Positions 47,801 to 60,768 of a DNA stretch of 64,000 bases are shown piece after piece. Numbering within the stretch: the stretch's first letter is position 1; every line of letters starts with the position of its first letter. A program made the translations under genes and the position numbers. Origin of the DNA: Lama glama (taxonomy: Eukaryota); the NCBI GenBank assembly GCA_028534125.1, contig CM052839.1:10540001-10604000 (forward strand), written 5' to 3'. Below the pieces are notes generated by a model that was not told the origin of the DNA, did no database searches, and saw only the letters and a list, made by a program, of their open reading frames with translations.

Positions 47801-49661
47801 GACTTGGTGGCGAGCTGTGAAATGAGAGCTGGGGGAAATCTGAGTAGGGGTCGGGTCAGAGCCAGGTCGTTATGGGGCTAGGACTTGCTTCAGTCCTGGT
47901 TTAGGTTCACGCCAAGTCAGGGAGACGCTGGTCTGAAGAGGGCCTGGGTCCTGACCTCTTTTCGAGGCTGTGTCTGAATCCCTCCTATCCACTGGCACTG
48001 CAAAGGACAGGGAGCGGTGGGCCAAGGGGCGTTTCCAATGGGTCAGTGAGGTGAACGAAGGAGGTGAAAGGCTCTAAACAGCGTTTACTGCTGGAGAAGA
48101 GTTAAAAAGAAGTGGTTTGATTTTGATTTTTATCTCATTCTTGAACGAGAGGTCAACCTTGTGCCCAGATCAGAAGTTGGGGCATCCAGTTGGAAATGTC
48201 CAACAAGTGTTTGGAGGGGTTTGCCTGGAGCACAGGAAGGAAGACCTCCGGGGATGTGCATTATGGAGTGCTTTGGTGGCACCACAGCAGAAGCCTCCGG
48301 AGTGCAGGTGGGCTCAGGAGAGATGCTTGGGACATTTAGACCTTTCTGGCAGTCTCCTCCCTGTAACCTGCGTGTGTGTGCTTCTGGAAGCCTGATGCCC
48401 TGGATTCTGAAGGTTGTGGAATAAGTATTTATTGAGTACTGGCTTTATGATGTTTCGTGTGATAGGTGCTGTGGGGAGCCACCAAAGAAATAAAGACAAG
48501 ATCCCACCCATGGAATTCATCACATATATACTTAAAACTGTATGTGACTGCAGTGGGGACAGAGCTTACCTAACGCTGGCCCCGTGCTGGAACTGGGGCC
48601 TGGAGGCTCCCTGCTATGTCAGGTGTTAGGCCTTTGGTTGCTTTCTTAGAAAGGTATGGGGAGGGGGGATTCTGGAGAAGGTCTGGGGTGACAGAGGACT
48701 TATTGTACTCAGCAGAATGTCCTCAAGACAGTTCATTCTCAAGGTAACACATGGCAGATTTTTTCCTTTTTAAGGCTAAATAGTATTCCATGGTATGTAT
48801 AGACCACATTTTCTTTATCCCATTCACTCGTGGATGGACATTTAGGTTTCTTTTATTCCTTGGCTATTATGGATAATGCTGCAATTTAAGATAATTTTTA
48901 AAAGGTGTAGTATGTATAGTATACTACTATGTCTGCTATAAAGAAGGGAAGGAGGGAAGGATGAAGGAATGAAGGAAGAACATTCATGAACAGAGTAATC
49001 CACAGGCCAAAGGAACTGGGTGACTGAGGGAGGTAAAGGGGTAGGTAGAAGACTTACTTTCTCCTGTAAAGCTTTTGTACTTTAAAATTTTGCACTACAT
49101 AAATGTGTTATCTATTTAAAAAATCTAAATAAAATTATCTAAAAAATACCTCCAGGCCTTCATTTGCATTTCTTAAAACCTCTAACAGCAGTCCTTGGGC
49201 CACATAAGCACTCCTCTCCCACCCGCTTCTTTTGAACATCCTGAAGCTGATCCAGGGCCACTTCAGGACCCGATCACCTCCCTGAATCGCTGCCTCCCTT
49301 GTGTCCTGCCCACCCTCATCTCCACCTGTGGATCAGTCCCTGGCTTAGTGCTCCCCTCTCTACAGAGCAGCTCTAAAGCCAAAAATCCCACCTGGCTGAG
49401 AGAAGTCTTCCTTGTGGGGAGGTGAGTGGTGTTAATGAGGGGGTGAAGCTATAGATCTTTGTTTTTCTCCCATTGCACTAGTACAAGGTGAAAAACAGAT
49501 GCACGCAGGAAAATGTTTCCAAGGAAGAACTGACAGAATTTAGGAATCAGTCCTCCTGCTCCCTTTCTTCCTCCTCCCAGTCCCTTTATTCATTGCGCCA
49601 GGTTACTTTTCCTAGAGCACTGGAACTTGAATGCTGTTCTGAAGTTGTTTTGAAGTGAGAC

Positions 49662-50110
49662 TGTCACCTTTCCTGTCAGGTGGACCCCCAGCTGGGTCCT
49701 TCCTTTGCCCAGTGCCGCTGGTGCCAACTGAACAAAGACAGGTTCAGCAAAGCAGCACAGAAACTTTACTTTTTTGATGAGGGAATGGAGAAGGGAGAAC
49801 TCATGCTATAAACACACCACCTTCTCCCCGGGCAGCCAGAGCGGAGTCTTACACCGGGCGCGGTGACGTCAAGGGCAGGGGCGGGGCCAAGAAGTACGCT
49901 TGCGCAGAGCCGCCTGCGTGGCCCACGCCTCTGGGCGCGGCTTTTGGGTTCGTGCGAGATTCCGCGTAGCCATTTTGGAACTTTCTGGTTCCTGCTGGTT
50001 TTGCTAGTTTTGCTTCCTGGCCGTTTCTTCAGCTTTCTGCCTTAGTTCCTGCTGAGCAAGTAGAGCTGTGGGTGTAAGCATGTGCTGTTGAGGGGAGGAA
50101 AAGGGAGGGT
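49662..50110 (-). mobile_element. Probable LTR-like element with a CpG-rich promoter core in DNAH9 intron 1 (right boundary uncertain)
   Basis: Minus-strand order: YY1, NRF1-like, GC box, CRE, then AGTAAA (49765-49770) and a ...TGACA end at 49662. No TSD identified. Confidence 0.5.
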
Positions 50111-50304
50111 GTAGGTTGGTTTTCCAGTGCCAGGAGCGTGGGCTTCGGAGTCTGGGGAAGCCGCGTTCCAGTCCGTTCTGTCAAGTTTGTCAGTGTGGTG
50201 GGAGCAGGCTAGTTCACCTCTGTCAGGATGGAAGCACCTGGCAGGCTTGTCATGAAAATTTAAAATAACTTATTAGAACACCTAATACGTACAGAGTTTG
50301 TTAG

Positions 50305-51287
50305 TGTTACGGAGTCCAAGCTCCTACTACACCCTCCCACCCACACCCCGCACCACAGGCCAGTGAATGGAGAGAGGATGTTGGGGCCAGTAGTAGCCGC
50401 TTCATTCCGAAATGCAAGGGGAGCGGGTGTGGCTGGTTGTTGCAAACTTCCTGTTGCCAGAATCCCTCGTTCCTACTGCTGTTTACGGAGGTCTGGTCAC
50501 ACTGTTACTATAATCCTGTAACAAGATAATTGTTATTTTCTGTTTGTATTTTTTAATTGAGGTTATAATGTGTCCATTTCTGCTATACAGCATAATGTCT
50601 CAGTCATGCATATACATACCTATATTTGTTTTCATATTCTTTTTCATTAAAGGTTAATATAAGATATTGAACGTAATTCTCTTGCTACATAGCAGAAACT
50701 TTTAAAAATCTATTTTTATATATAGTGGCTAATGTTTGTAAATCTCAGACTCCCAGATTTATCCATTCCCACCTCCTTTCCCTGGTAACCATAAGATTGT
50801 TTACTATGTCTGTGAGTCTGTTTCTCTTTTGTAGATGAGTTCATAGTGTTCTTTTTTTTTTTTAGATTCCATATGTGAATGATATCATATGGTATTTTTC
50901 TTTATCTTTCTGGCTTACTTTGCTTAGAATGATGATTTCTGGGTCCATCCATGTTGCTGAAAATGGCATTATTTTATTCTTTTTTATGGCTTAGTAGTAT
51001 TCCATTGATACATATACCACAACTTCTTTACCCAGTCATCTGTCAGTGGATATTTAGGTTGCTTCCATGTCTTGGCTTTTGTATATAGTGCAACTTTTTA
51101 TTATACCCTTAAAGGTCAAGCTTGGGAGGCAGAACCTGGAGAAGGGGGTGTCATGTGTATTTGAGGCTTCAGGCAACCTTCTTTTACAAAGGCTTAGAGC
51201 CAGCTTGACTGAGACAGGCAATGAAGCACAAAGGTTAGAGCCAAAGGAATAGATCCAATATGGAGTCAGGTTTGTTCTTCTGTTACA
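50305..51287 (-). mobile_element. ERV1-class solo LTR (artiodactyl MER41-like) with 4-bp TSD, split by an L1 fragment
   Basis: TTAG|TGTTAC...TGTTACA|TTAG (TSD at 50301-50304 and 51288-51291). Terminal segment aaaggaatagatccaatatggagtcaggtttgttcttctgttaca. Confidence 0.8.
50545..51090 (-). mobile_element. L1 3' fragment nested in the solo LTR
   Basis: ttttttagattccatatgtgaatgatatcatatggtatttttc...gggtccatccatgttgctgaaaatggcattattttattc. Confidence 0.88.
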
Positions 51288-53154
51288 TTAGTTGTAGGTA
51301 TTTCCTAAAGGACAAGGATTATTGTCACTCTGCATCTCACTTAAAGGCTTCCTCACTTCTCTGACCCATCCTTGTCACTTTTCTCTAACCCCAACCCACT
51401 TCTCCCCAAAGACTCAGCTGTCTCCCTACAGCCCTTCTACCTCTGAGCTTGGAAGTGGGACAGGCGTCCTTGCTGCTTGCTGCTTCTAGATCCATGCTGA
51501 AAAACATCCAGTTTGAATCTCATGCCATTAGACAAAGCCACCTCTCTCCTCATTGCACTGCCCTCATTTCCCCATGATTGGGCTCCTGCTCACTGTGACT
51601 CTCTCCAACATTGTCTTAGCAAGTGGCTGTTTCAAGAGACAAATAAATTAACCCAGCTTCTGGGCTCCTTGAACCTTCCTCCTCTGGTGATCTTGTCCCC
51701 CTTCCTGTCTTAACCACCCCTTCCTGCCCTCATGAAGCTGAATGAGGCTAGAGAAAGACCAACTGGCTCCACATTCATGACCCCGAACCTCTAATTTTAT
51801 TATCAGGCCTTTTATCACTTCCCAGCTGGCATCCCATACATCCTATTCCAGTGATTCCCTTACTCTTTGAGGTGACTGTTGCACACTTTCTTTTTTTTCC
51901 CGTCAAATGTCCAAAATCTTTTCAATCAACCTCAATCTGCAGTGCTTTTGCTTCTTACTTGATTAAAAAAAAAGGAAATAATAGAATAAAATTTCCGCAA
52001 ATGCTTATACTACCCCTTCTGCCAAAAGCTGTAAGCTTTTGACAGGCAGAGGTTCCCCATTAGAGGCACGAATTAACGACTTTTAAAGTGGCTTGTAGTA
52101 GAAACCTCAGTGTAAATCAGCTCAGATAGTTCAAGAGCATCTTGGTGCAGGAGCTCAAATGATGTTATAAGACTTGGTTTTTCTCCATCTATAAACTCTC
52201 CTTTCTGCATGTCAACTCAATTCTAAGGCTCCAGATGGTAGTACAGGGGCCGCCAGTTGTTCTGACTCAAAGGCAGAGAAAGCTCCTCTTCCTCATAAAG
52301 TCCAGATAAGAGACTTTGGTCTGACTCACTGGCTCAGTTTGTTCACGTGTCCACGCCTGGGTCTGGAGATGAGTAGTAAGAAAAGAGGGACTATGTTGGG
52401 TGGCCAACACCAACTAAGGTCCACCCCACAGAAAGATTCAAGACCCTCAGCTAGACTTATTTCTGTAAAATGCCCCCTCATACCACCTGTATACAGAGGG
52501 CCATGCTTACCTGCATGTGTCCTGTTTCTTCCCTCTTGGCCTTTGCGACAGTTTTGATCACCTTCTGTTCACCCTGTTGATGAGGGAAGGATTCCTGTCC
52601 TAGGGTTCTGGACATGGCTGTACACACGACACGGGACAGATGAGACTGACAGCAGGTTGTTGGCACATACACTCACAGCCCAGAGGAGAACACTGTGCCA
52701 GGCAGGACCACACGGGAGCTGTGCTTGGAAACAGTGAACCAGCAGGGGCTGTGGGAGGCAAGCTTCGTAGTATCGAGAGGCTGTGGTGCCCACTGGTTCC
52801 TGCAGAAGGATGGGATTGGCTTGTTTGAATATTCCACTGGCTGGCAAGGAACTGAAGCCCACTACTCAGGGTTAAGCTGCAGCTGTGCCTGGTTCCCTTG
52901 ATAAGACGGCTGTTTGACTAGGGACTTTATCTGCAGGAACAGAGTGGGTGGGAACCCTGTGGGTAGGCTACTCATGGCCCTACCAGTTGTCGAGGCAGTA
53001 CATAATGTTGGTGATTAATAATTAGGCCTCACAGAACAGGGACCTGCAAAAGGTTGTGTATATAGCTTTCTGCACCCTTCTTCGCAGAATAGTCTTTCCT
53101 TAAGGACTCAGAAGTAGAATGCCCACTTCTCTTTTCTGTGCACATCTGTTCCAG

Positions 53155-53351
53155 GTTGTCATCCCAGTCTTGGCCAATGAGAAGAATCACCTCAACTGGC
53201 CTCACGTGGTATGTCAGGATGTCCGGCGACACACCCACAGCCTCCAGTGTGACCTCCTGGTTATCCTTGAGCAAGCGAAGGGGAAAACTTTGCTGCCTCT
53301 TCCAGTAGACTCAGAAAAAGTGGAGTTTGTGGATTCTGAAAGTGAGACCAT
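53155..53351 (+). CDS. DNAH9: DNAH9 exon 2 (197 nt): VVIPVLANEKNHLNWPHVVCQDVRRH...VDSESET
   Basis: ttccAG acceptor, GTAAGT donor, phase 0 to 2; dynein heavy chain N-terminal sequence. Confidence 0.96.
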
Positions 53352-55300
53352 GTAAGTACCGCCAGCCTGGCCATATGGGCCTCTGAGATATGGGAGATGC
53401 TTGTTTATCTGAATGTTTTCCTTACGACTTTTCTGTTCCTGACTCTGCACATCTCCTTGTTCTGCACACAAGCCCACTGTCTGCTCTGTTTGCCAACATC
53501 CTTGGACTGTTATGTTTTGTGCTGATTACTACCCTTGCCCCGGTTCCTCTGCCTGAAGTCTTTTAAGGCTATCACGGCAACATGGCCTTTTTTTCTGCTT
53601 AGAATTGTTTTAGGGCTGAGAGCAGCCACACTGATTTCAGTATTTTGCTTATCAGGACAGTGTCTCATCATTGGCAAAGACCCAGGTCCAGTCTGGGAGA
53701 CAGCACGCCTCTTCCCAGCATTTACCCAGCACATAATGTCACAGTTCCAGACCCTCCTCCCCTGGCAGCTGGAGACTTTTTTCAGGTCCTGGGGATTTTT
53801 TTTCCCCAAATAGAAACAAATCTGGCTTTGTTGAGGCTTGCGGTCTATGCCTCCTGTGCCTGGGTAGGCATTAAAGCCCCAGCCTCTTCTTGTATGAGCG
53901 ATACCCGCCATCAGCTTCCACTTACCATACCAGCGATGAGCCATCTTTGTTTCTGTCCTGTGGGGATATTTTTCTTTTTCTTTCAAGCCAGGCTGTGTAT
54001 CTAAATGATACTTTTCAGTCGTCTTCTGTCCAGCATTTCTTTGTTTGTGGCAATAGGCTATCTTCCTACATGAGCTCAGTCTACCATATTGCTGGGAGTT
54101 TCTGAATGTATTCTGGGGCATATCCAGGGCCCCTGGTTTGATCTGAAGAATAAGTAATGCATGGGCTAGCAGTGTGCTTTATAATGAGATTTTGCTATTG
54201 AAAGTAATTTGCTACATATATAATTTGAGGCAATTTTCCAGGTAACTAGAAAACTCACCATGGTTTAATAAAAATACACAGTTTTCAAAATAAATAAATT
54301 CAAATTGCCTTTTCCCACTGCTTTTTTGACATAATAACATTCAGTGTGTGTGTATATATAATCATTGCTGAATTTGTCTGTCTTTGTTCAAATTTGATAA
54401 TTTCCCAAAAGGTTGGATCGTATTTCAGGAAAGTGAGTATCTTCTCCCTTTAATACAGTCCATAATCACTTGTGCCGTATCATTGCTCAGCAAATATGAA
54501 TTTAATTAAATGACGTGAAGGTGGGTTTCTGGCTCAAAAGTGCAAATGATAGATTCTCTTTCTTTGTCACTTGTGTCCTGGGTTCTTGGCATGAACAACT
54601 GTCAGTTCAGACTTTATGAAAAGGCAACCAAAATGTACTTCTGATTTTTAATCCCCTCCAAACTTCCCTAGATAGTTATTTAGTTAATTTGAAAGGTGTA
54701 TGAGGGGAAATGTGTGGGAATTCCATTCTTCACTGGAAACATGAGGACGAAGCATAGTGATGTGCGGGTGTCTGATGGCTGACCTTGTGGAGGAGGGAGT
54801 AACCTAGTCTCTCTTGCTGCAGAGGTCAGAACAGAGACCAAGTCAGGGAATGGCAGGGAGGCAGACGGGGTTCAGTGTAGAGACAAACTCCTGGGGAGAG
54901 CTGACCTGAGGAGTGTGCTACCTGATCAAGTAGGGAGCCAGCTGGCATCAGTGGGACTCAAGCAGGAGCTGGATGGTCATCTGGCTGTTTTCTGTCCAGT
55001 GTGTTCCTGCACTGACAGAAAGACTTGATAGGATTCAGAGTTCTTAATCTAGCCTTCACAGTATTGGGGTGGGGGTTGAATTTTGAGTAACTGTGCATAT
55101 GCACATGCATAAGAGCTTGTCTGGGGTGAGGATCTGTACTTCTCATTGACTACTCGTCAGAGTCTGTTATCCAGCCAAGTTAAGGATGCCTGGACTAAAT
55201 TGAATATCTCACCTATTTTTAAGAGATTTGGGATTCTGTCTGAGGGGACACCCAACGTTAAGCTCTTTCCAGCGTCCCAGGAGATTTGTGTCTTTTGCAG

Positions 55301-55459
55301 CTTGGAGTCTACAGATAAGTCGGTCATCTATGCCATTGAGTCAGCAGTAATCCAGTGGAGCCGCCAAGTCCAGGTGGTGCTCAAGAGAGAGTCTTCCCAG
55401 CCACTCCAACAGGGGGAGAATCCCACCCCTGAGGTGGAGCTGGAGTTCTGGAAGAACAG
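55301..55459 (+). CDS. DNAH9: DNAH9 exon 3 (159 nt): LESTDKSVIYAIESAVIQWSRQVQVVLKRESSQPLQQGENPTPEVELEFWKNR
   Basis: tcttttgcAG acceptor, GTGCGC donor, phase 2/2. Includes the DHC_N1-type ELEFW motif. Confidence 0.96.
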
Positions 55460-56510
55460 GTGCGCGCGTGCTTGAGCTGTGGAGATCAGATGTCTCACCA
55501 AGGATGCTGGCCTGGGGGAGGCGCCCATTGCGTCTGGTCCCACCTCCTGGTGTTTCTCACCGCCCCTAGAGCAAACAGCTCAGTGTCATTTCAGTCAACG
55601 TAATTTTTCTGTGCCCTGGGAGATGACACTTTCCCTAAGGTTCAGTAGTCATGCCTCATTTCTTGGGCTTCAGTCAGTGTGTCTTCTGACATTTCTTCAA
55701 AGGCTCTTTCAACGACATGAAAAATTACTGAACTCTGTTTCATATTTTCTTCTGCTAGTCTGTTCCCTTCTCCTTGGATAGTCAGTGTGCACACAGTTTT
55801 GGTAAGGATCTTGAGAAAGAGAGGGGGTTTTGGCAGTTCACTGCTGAACAGCCTCTCCTAGGTTCCAGGTGTTCACTGATAGGGCTGAAAGTCCATCATC
55901 CACTGTGTTCCAGCCACACGGTTTCCAGAAAGACCTAATTATTGCTCCTGCTCACCCCCGCTCATCCTCTCCATTAACTTGCTCCTATTTATCATGGTGC
56001 TGATTAATCTTTTCCTCAGAAGGAGACAGGCATGTTTGAGCCAAATGTCCCTGTCCTCACATGTCACATGACCAGGTATGCCTGTAGGGCTCCTACCGCA
56101 TGTGCGCCCCATGCTGAGATGCCCCATCCTCTTACCTGACCGTTCTGACCTGCTCTGGGGCCCTTCTCTAGCAGCCTTGCTCTAACAGCACCTCTCTCAC
56201 CCTGACCCCAGACCTCAGTACAAGAGCTAATGACCTCCAGCTGCCAAGCTTTTGAGCCACCAGATGGTCACAGCAGTGTTCCCTGCTGTTACCTCCTGGA
56301 GCTGCCCCTTTGAACCTGTGTTCCAGGCTCAGACTTTTGCCCTCACTGTTTTGGGAACAGATGCCCCTGCTCTTTCGGCTGGAGCATGGCCTCTGCGGAT
56401 GCCATCCTGAGACAGGCCTTCTCTCTGTGTCCATCTGAGGGTGGGTCATCATGGTGTGACCTGTGTTTCCTGATGTTCACCTGGACTCGCTCTTCTCCAC
56501 TGTGTTGCAG

Positions 56511-56641
56511 GTCTGAGGATCTGGAATACATTTATAATCAACTGAGAACGATAAAGGTCAAGGGCATAGCTGGGCTTCTGGACAAGCTTCAGAGCAGCTA
56601 CTTTCCAGCTTTCCAAGCCATGTTCAGAGATGTTGTAGCAG
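56511..56641 (+). CDS. DNAH9: DNAH9 exon 4 (131 nt): SEDLEYIYNQLRTIKVKGIAGLLDKLQSSYFPAFQAMFRDVVA
   Basis: tgtgttgcAG acceptor, GTGAGG donor, phase 2 to 1. Confidence 0.96.
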
Positions 56642-58879
56642 GTGAGGACCCACAAGTATTTCCATAAATACATTTGATTCAAATTTCTTATTTAGTGCTG
56701 AATTATCGTTTCTCTTTGATTTCAGCGGCTTCCAGTCCTTATAACCTTCCAACCTGACACAGTCTAGCACGGTGGCAAGAATACCAAATTTAGAAGCAGG
56801 AAAGCAGCTGTCCCATGCTCTCTTTGCATTTCCAGTGCTTTGTGACTTTGGCAAAGTCACCTAACTTCTCTGAGCTTTAGTGTGTACCGTGGTTATAGTG
56901 CACACACTTCCCGTCTACTTCCCTGGGCTGTTGTGAGGTGGCATAGGTGGAAGTACCTTACGGACTGTCCCACACTGTGCCAATGCATGCTGTAGTTTCT
57001 TACCTCTGGAATTCAGGTCCTCATGCCCCTGGCTCCTTGAGAAGTCTCTCTTCCATTTATAGTTCCACTCTGCTTTTTCTCTTCCTACTGTCAGATGGGA
57101 CTGCAGTTTCTTGGCCATCTGAGCACCAGACAAGATTGGCCCTTGTCAAAATTGCTAATCCAGCAGAATCTATAATTAGAAGTAGGTAAATATTTTCAGG
57201 GCTCCCCCTCCTTTCATCAGTGCACTTTGTTTCTTTCCTTTCTCCTGTCAAACCTCCCTCCTCACAGCTCTTCAGTATTGTAGGTCACCATGTGCTTTTA
57301 AACGTGTTTGCAGTTTCGTATGATTTAAGCTTAATCCAAGCAGTGATTTTCAAACACTTTTTCTCTATCAGAACTCTTTCTTTAAATTCAACTCTTTTTT
57401 AAAATTCAATCTCCTTTGGAAGTCCAAAATCTTAAACTTACTGAGGTATATTTGTTCTGCTAAAAAGGGATCATCCTGTGTCCAGATGTCCAGAGCCCAT
57501 CGGTGGATTCCTTGTCCCACCTTCTCCTCATGGAATGGGATTTGGAAACCACTCAGCTAAAGGAATAAAAAGTTCCAGTGCTGGAGTTTCTGGCATGTGC
57601 TGTATAACAGAGAAGAATTGTGCTTAAGTAGCCAGTCTTTGAGGCCCTTCTGGGCCCTAAAATCTCATCCCAGAGGCTATTCTGCCAGCACTGACAGCTG
57701 GCTTGGAATGGGGTCCCTGTTGTGGCCCCAGTTTATTATTGCTTCTCTGATAGATTTTTGTGAATCTGAGGAATCAACTGTTGTTTCCAATTTATACTCC
57801 AATTCAAATGAGACAGAGTCACCAAAAGTGATATGTATACCACTGTGTGTGTGAGAGAGGATTGTGGGAGATGTGTGGACAGGTATATCTTAAAAGGTGC
57901 TAAAGCGTAACTTTTTTGGGGGCAAGTGATTACAAGTTTTCCAGTTATGGTAATGATACACAGTTTTCATTTTATATGGTTTTATTGAGGTTAAAATGAG
58001 AGTCAATTTAGAGAAAAGAATGAAGTAATGCTACAGCTTACAGGTGGTCATGACCAATACCATAAAGGAGGTATGCAAACACCTGAAATTTGAGGCTCTG
58101 AAATAAAACATGCAGTAAAAGTATATTGATGAATTGGTTATATATTTGGAGCCTCAAATACATCTTTCACATTAATAGATTAATAGACTGCAGTCATTCA
58201 CATTGATTAATAGTTATGCAAGATTTTGTTCCCCAGACCAGCTTCTAAAAGTCCTTTGCAGTAGAGTATTTTGGCAATGAAAAGAAGTTAGAAAAAACAA
58301 TATCACTGTAACAGTCCCAGATAAACACCACTGTAAAAATAGAAATCCTTGAAATATATACCTCAGTCTGCTGGAAGAAAAGAAATTTTGAGTAGAGTTA
58401 CTAGGTACAGACTGGCGGGCTCTTCAGAGAATAAAAATATTTTAGAGGCTGTCAACTTGTTTTCTCATTTCTCACATAATTTCAGAGCATCTGTCTTTAT
58501 CCTGTACAGATGTACTACGTGCACTGTTCTTACTGGTCATGATCAGGGTAGTTCTTTGGCTCACAGATGGGCTGAAGAGAGGGAGAGGAAAAGAAACAGT
58601 CCTGGGTTAGTGGGCACAAACTGGAAAACAGTGAGAAGAAGGCAGTGAAAAGGATGTAGGAAAAATGTGCGGAAACAAGCGTTGTCTGAAATGGAATCTG
58701 TTGGGCAGTAAAGAACCTTGGAAACGCAGTAACGTACCCTGGAGGGGAAAGACCAAGGCAGTGAATTCTAAGTAGGGAGTTCTCGTCTCTCACCAGTAGG
58801 GGGCAGGGTTGGCACAGTGCTGCCGGGTTGCCAGTCCAGGGTATTTGTAGGTGGATGTGTGTGGAAGAGAAGTAAAGTC

Positions 58880-59115
58880 CAGGGGTGCACTGGAGCCAAC
58901 TTGGACTGGCCTGCAGTTTCTCACTAAAGCCCACTGTATGCAACTCTTTTCAAAGCCCCCTCCCCAACACTCAGTGAAGTCCCGTTGTAGCTTGAAATCG
59001 GACACGGTGGGAAGATGGGGAGTATTTACACCACAGAAACTGGCCAGTGCCAAAGGCTTTTGGGATGAAAACTTTTGTCCCAGAAGGGCCTGTTGTTAAC
59101 GATTTGCTGGAAAAA
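58880..59115. mobile_element. MER63A-like hAT-Blackjack MITE
   Basis: ggtgcactggagccaacttggactggcc...gtagcttgaaatcggacacggtggga...gggagtatttacaccacagaaactgg. Confidence 0.7.
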
Positions 59116-60556
59116 CAGATATCCCTGTGCAATCGGAGTTTATATTTGCATTTTTTTAAAAAAAGTGTGAGCCTAACTTGTCCATCTCTTTCTTCATTTG
59201 CCTTGTGAGCCAAGGTGATTGTACCCTGCACTGGGTGAGCCAATGCTGAGCTCTTCAAAATCAGGGGAGTGCCTGTTTGTATGATTAAAGGAGATTTGGC
59301 TTATTAAAAAAAAAGGTAACATAAAAAGAAATCTCCTTTGGCGTGATGGCCTCAGTTTCTCTTACCTTGTGGCACATCTGAAAGCTGGAGCCCATGCTCA
59401 CTGGACTGGCTGTTGGATTCTATACCCCCGCCCCATATGGGTTTTGATAATCCCTTGAGCTTCCCCGTTTAAGAATCAACTGCTCTAATCAATTTACCGT
59501 GACATCTGACTTTCAAAAATTGGATTCTTGTAGTATGCCCCCAACTCCATTTGGGATATAAAGTACTGATGTACACACCCCAAACTCCTGTGTGCAGTGA
59601 GCCCCACACCACCAAGCTAGGGGTTCGACTGATAAGCTGGGGGGTACTCTTGCTTTTGCTCAGCTGGGCAGGGCTGGCTGATTGGATTCACAGAAAGACT
59701 CCAGGCCAGTTATTTAGGTCTTCATTTCTTTATTTATAGAGCTACCTCACAGAGGCAGTTTTGCATTCCCTCTAAGTGACTCTACGGAGTTAGTTTCCAG
59801 AGCTACTGGTTCTCCCACTTTTCCCTCTCAGTCACCACAGGAGGACTGGTGGGAGGCATTCTTTCTTTGGCTGTATTCAAAGGAATTGGTGGATTTTCCT
59901 GGCTTTGAAAACCAGCAGAACCTTGCCATTATCAGTCTGTGCTCTTTCTCTATTCCCTGTTATTTCTCCTCCAGAAGAGCTCTGAGATTCTTTATTACTA
60001 ATATTTATCAGGGACATTACCATTTATGGAATGCCTGCTTGGATATAAAGATTCTGTGTGCTACCTTCAGCCCTTCACAAGAGCTCTTTAGTTACTGTTC
60101 AGCCCGTTATTGAGGTCTGGAGAGGTTCCACTTGTCCAAGGTCATACATTTGATGTACCAGCCTTTGAAGGCAGATCTTTCTGACTCTGACGCCTGTCCT
60201 CTGTCATCTGTTTTGTATTGCCTCGGAGATACCAGCAACAAAGAGAGCAGCTGACAACCACTGAGCATCTTGTACACACAGAGCACCAGGCTGGGGCTGA
60301 CGGGCCAGGAGGAAGTCCAGATACAGGAATTTTGTGAGAAAGACTCCTCAGACCACTATCCCAGCGGTCCAGGATTCTGATTTCGTGTTTCCTCGTAAGA
60401 GCTAGGAAGTTTTCAGGGACCAGCCTTTTCCACTCCCTCAGCTAAGGAAGAGATTGTAGCCATTGCTTTGCAGACCCTTCACTTCCAGGCCCCAGGGCTC
60501 TGCTTGGTGGGTGTGAACCCCAAGCCAGGAAGGTGACCGTCTCCAATTCCTTCCAG

Positions 60557-60768
60557 CTCTGACAGAGGCACAGGACATCCATGCACACCTGGTGCCGCTG
60601 CACCGCCACCTGGAAACCCTCAAGAGCCTGGAGTTTCCCGAGGTGAAGCCACGACTGCAGCCTCTGCTCCACGTAGTCTGCCTGATCTGGGCCACATGCA
60701 AGTCCTACCAATGCCCTGGGCGGCTCACGGTGCTGCTGCAGGAGATCTGCAACCTTCTGGTCCAGCAG
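60557..60768 (+). CDS. DNAH9: DNAH9 exon 5 (212 nt): ALTEAQDIHAHLVPLHRHLETL...RLTVLLQEICNLLVQQ
   Basis: ttccttccAG acceptor, GTTGGC donor, phase 1 to 0. Confidence 0.96.

Noticed and set aside
53510-54121. 203-aa minus-strand ORF in DNAH9 intron 2
   Set aside because: No recognisable homology or splice context; looks like translated intron.
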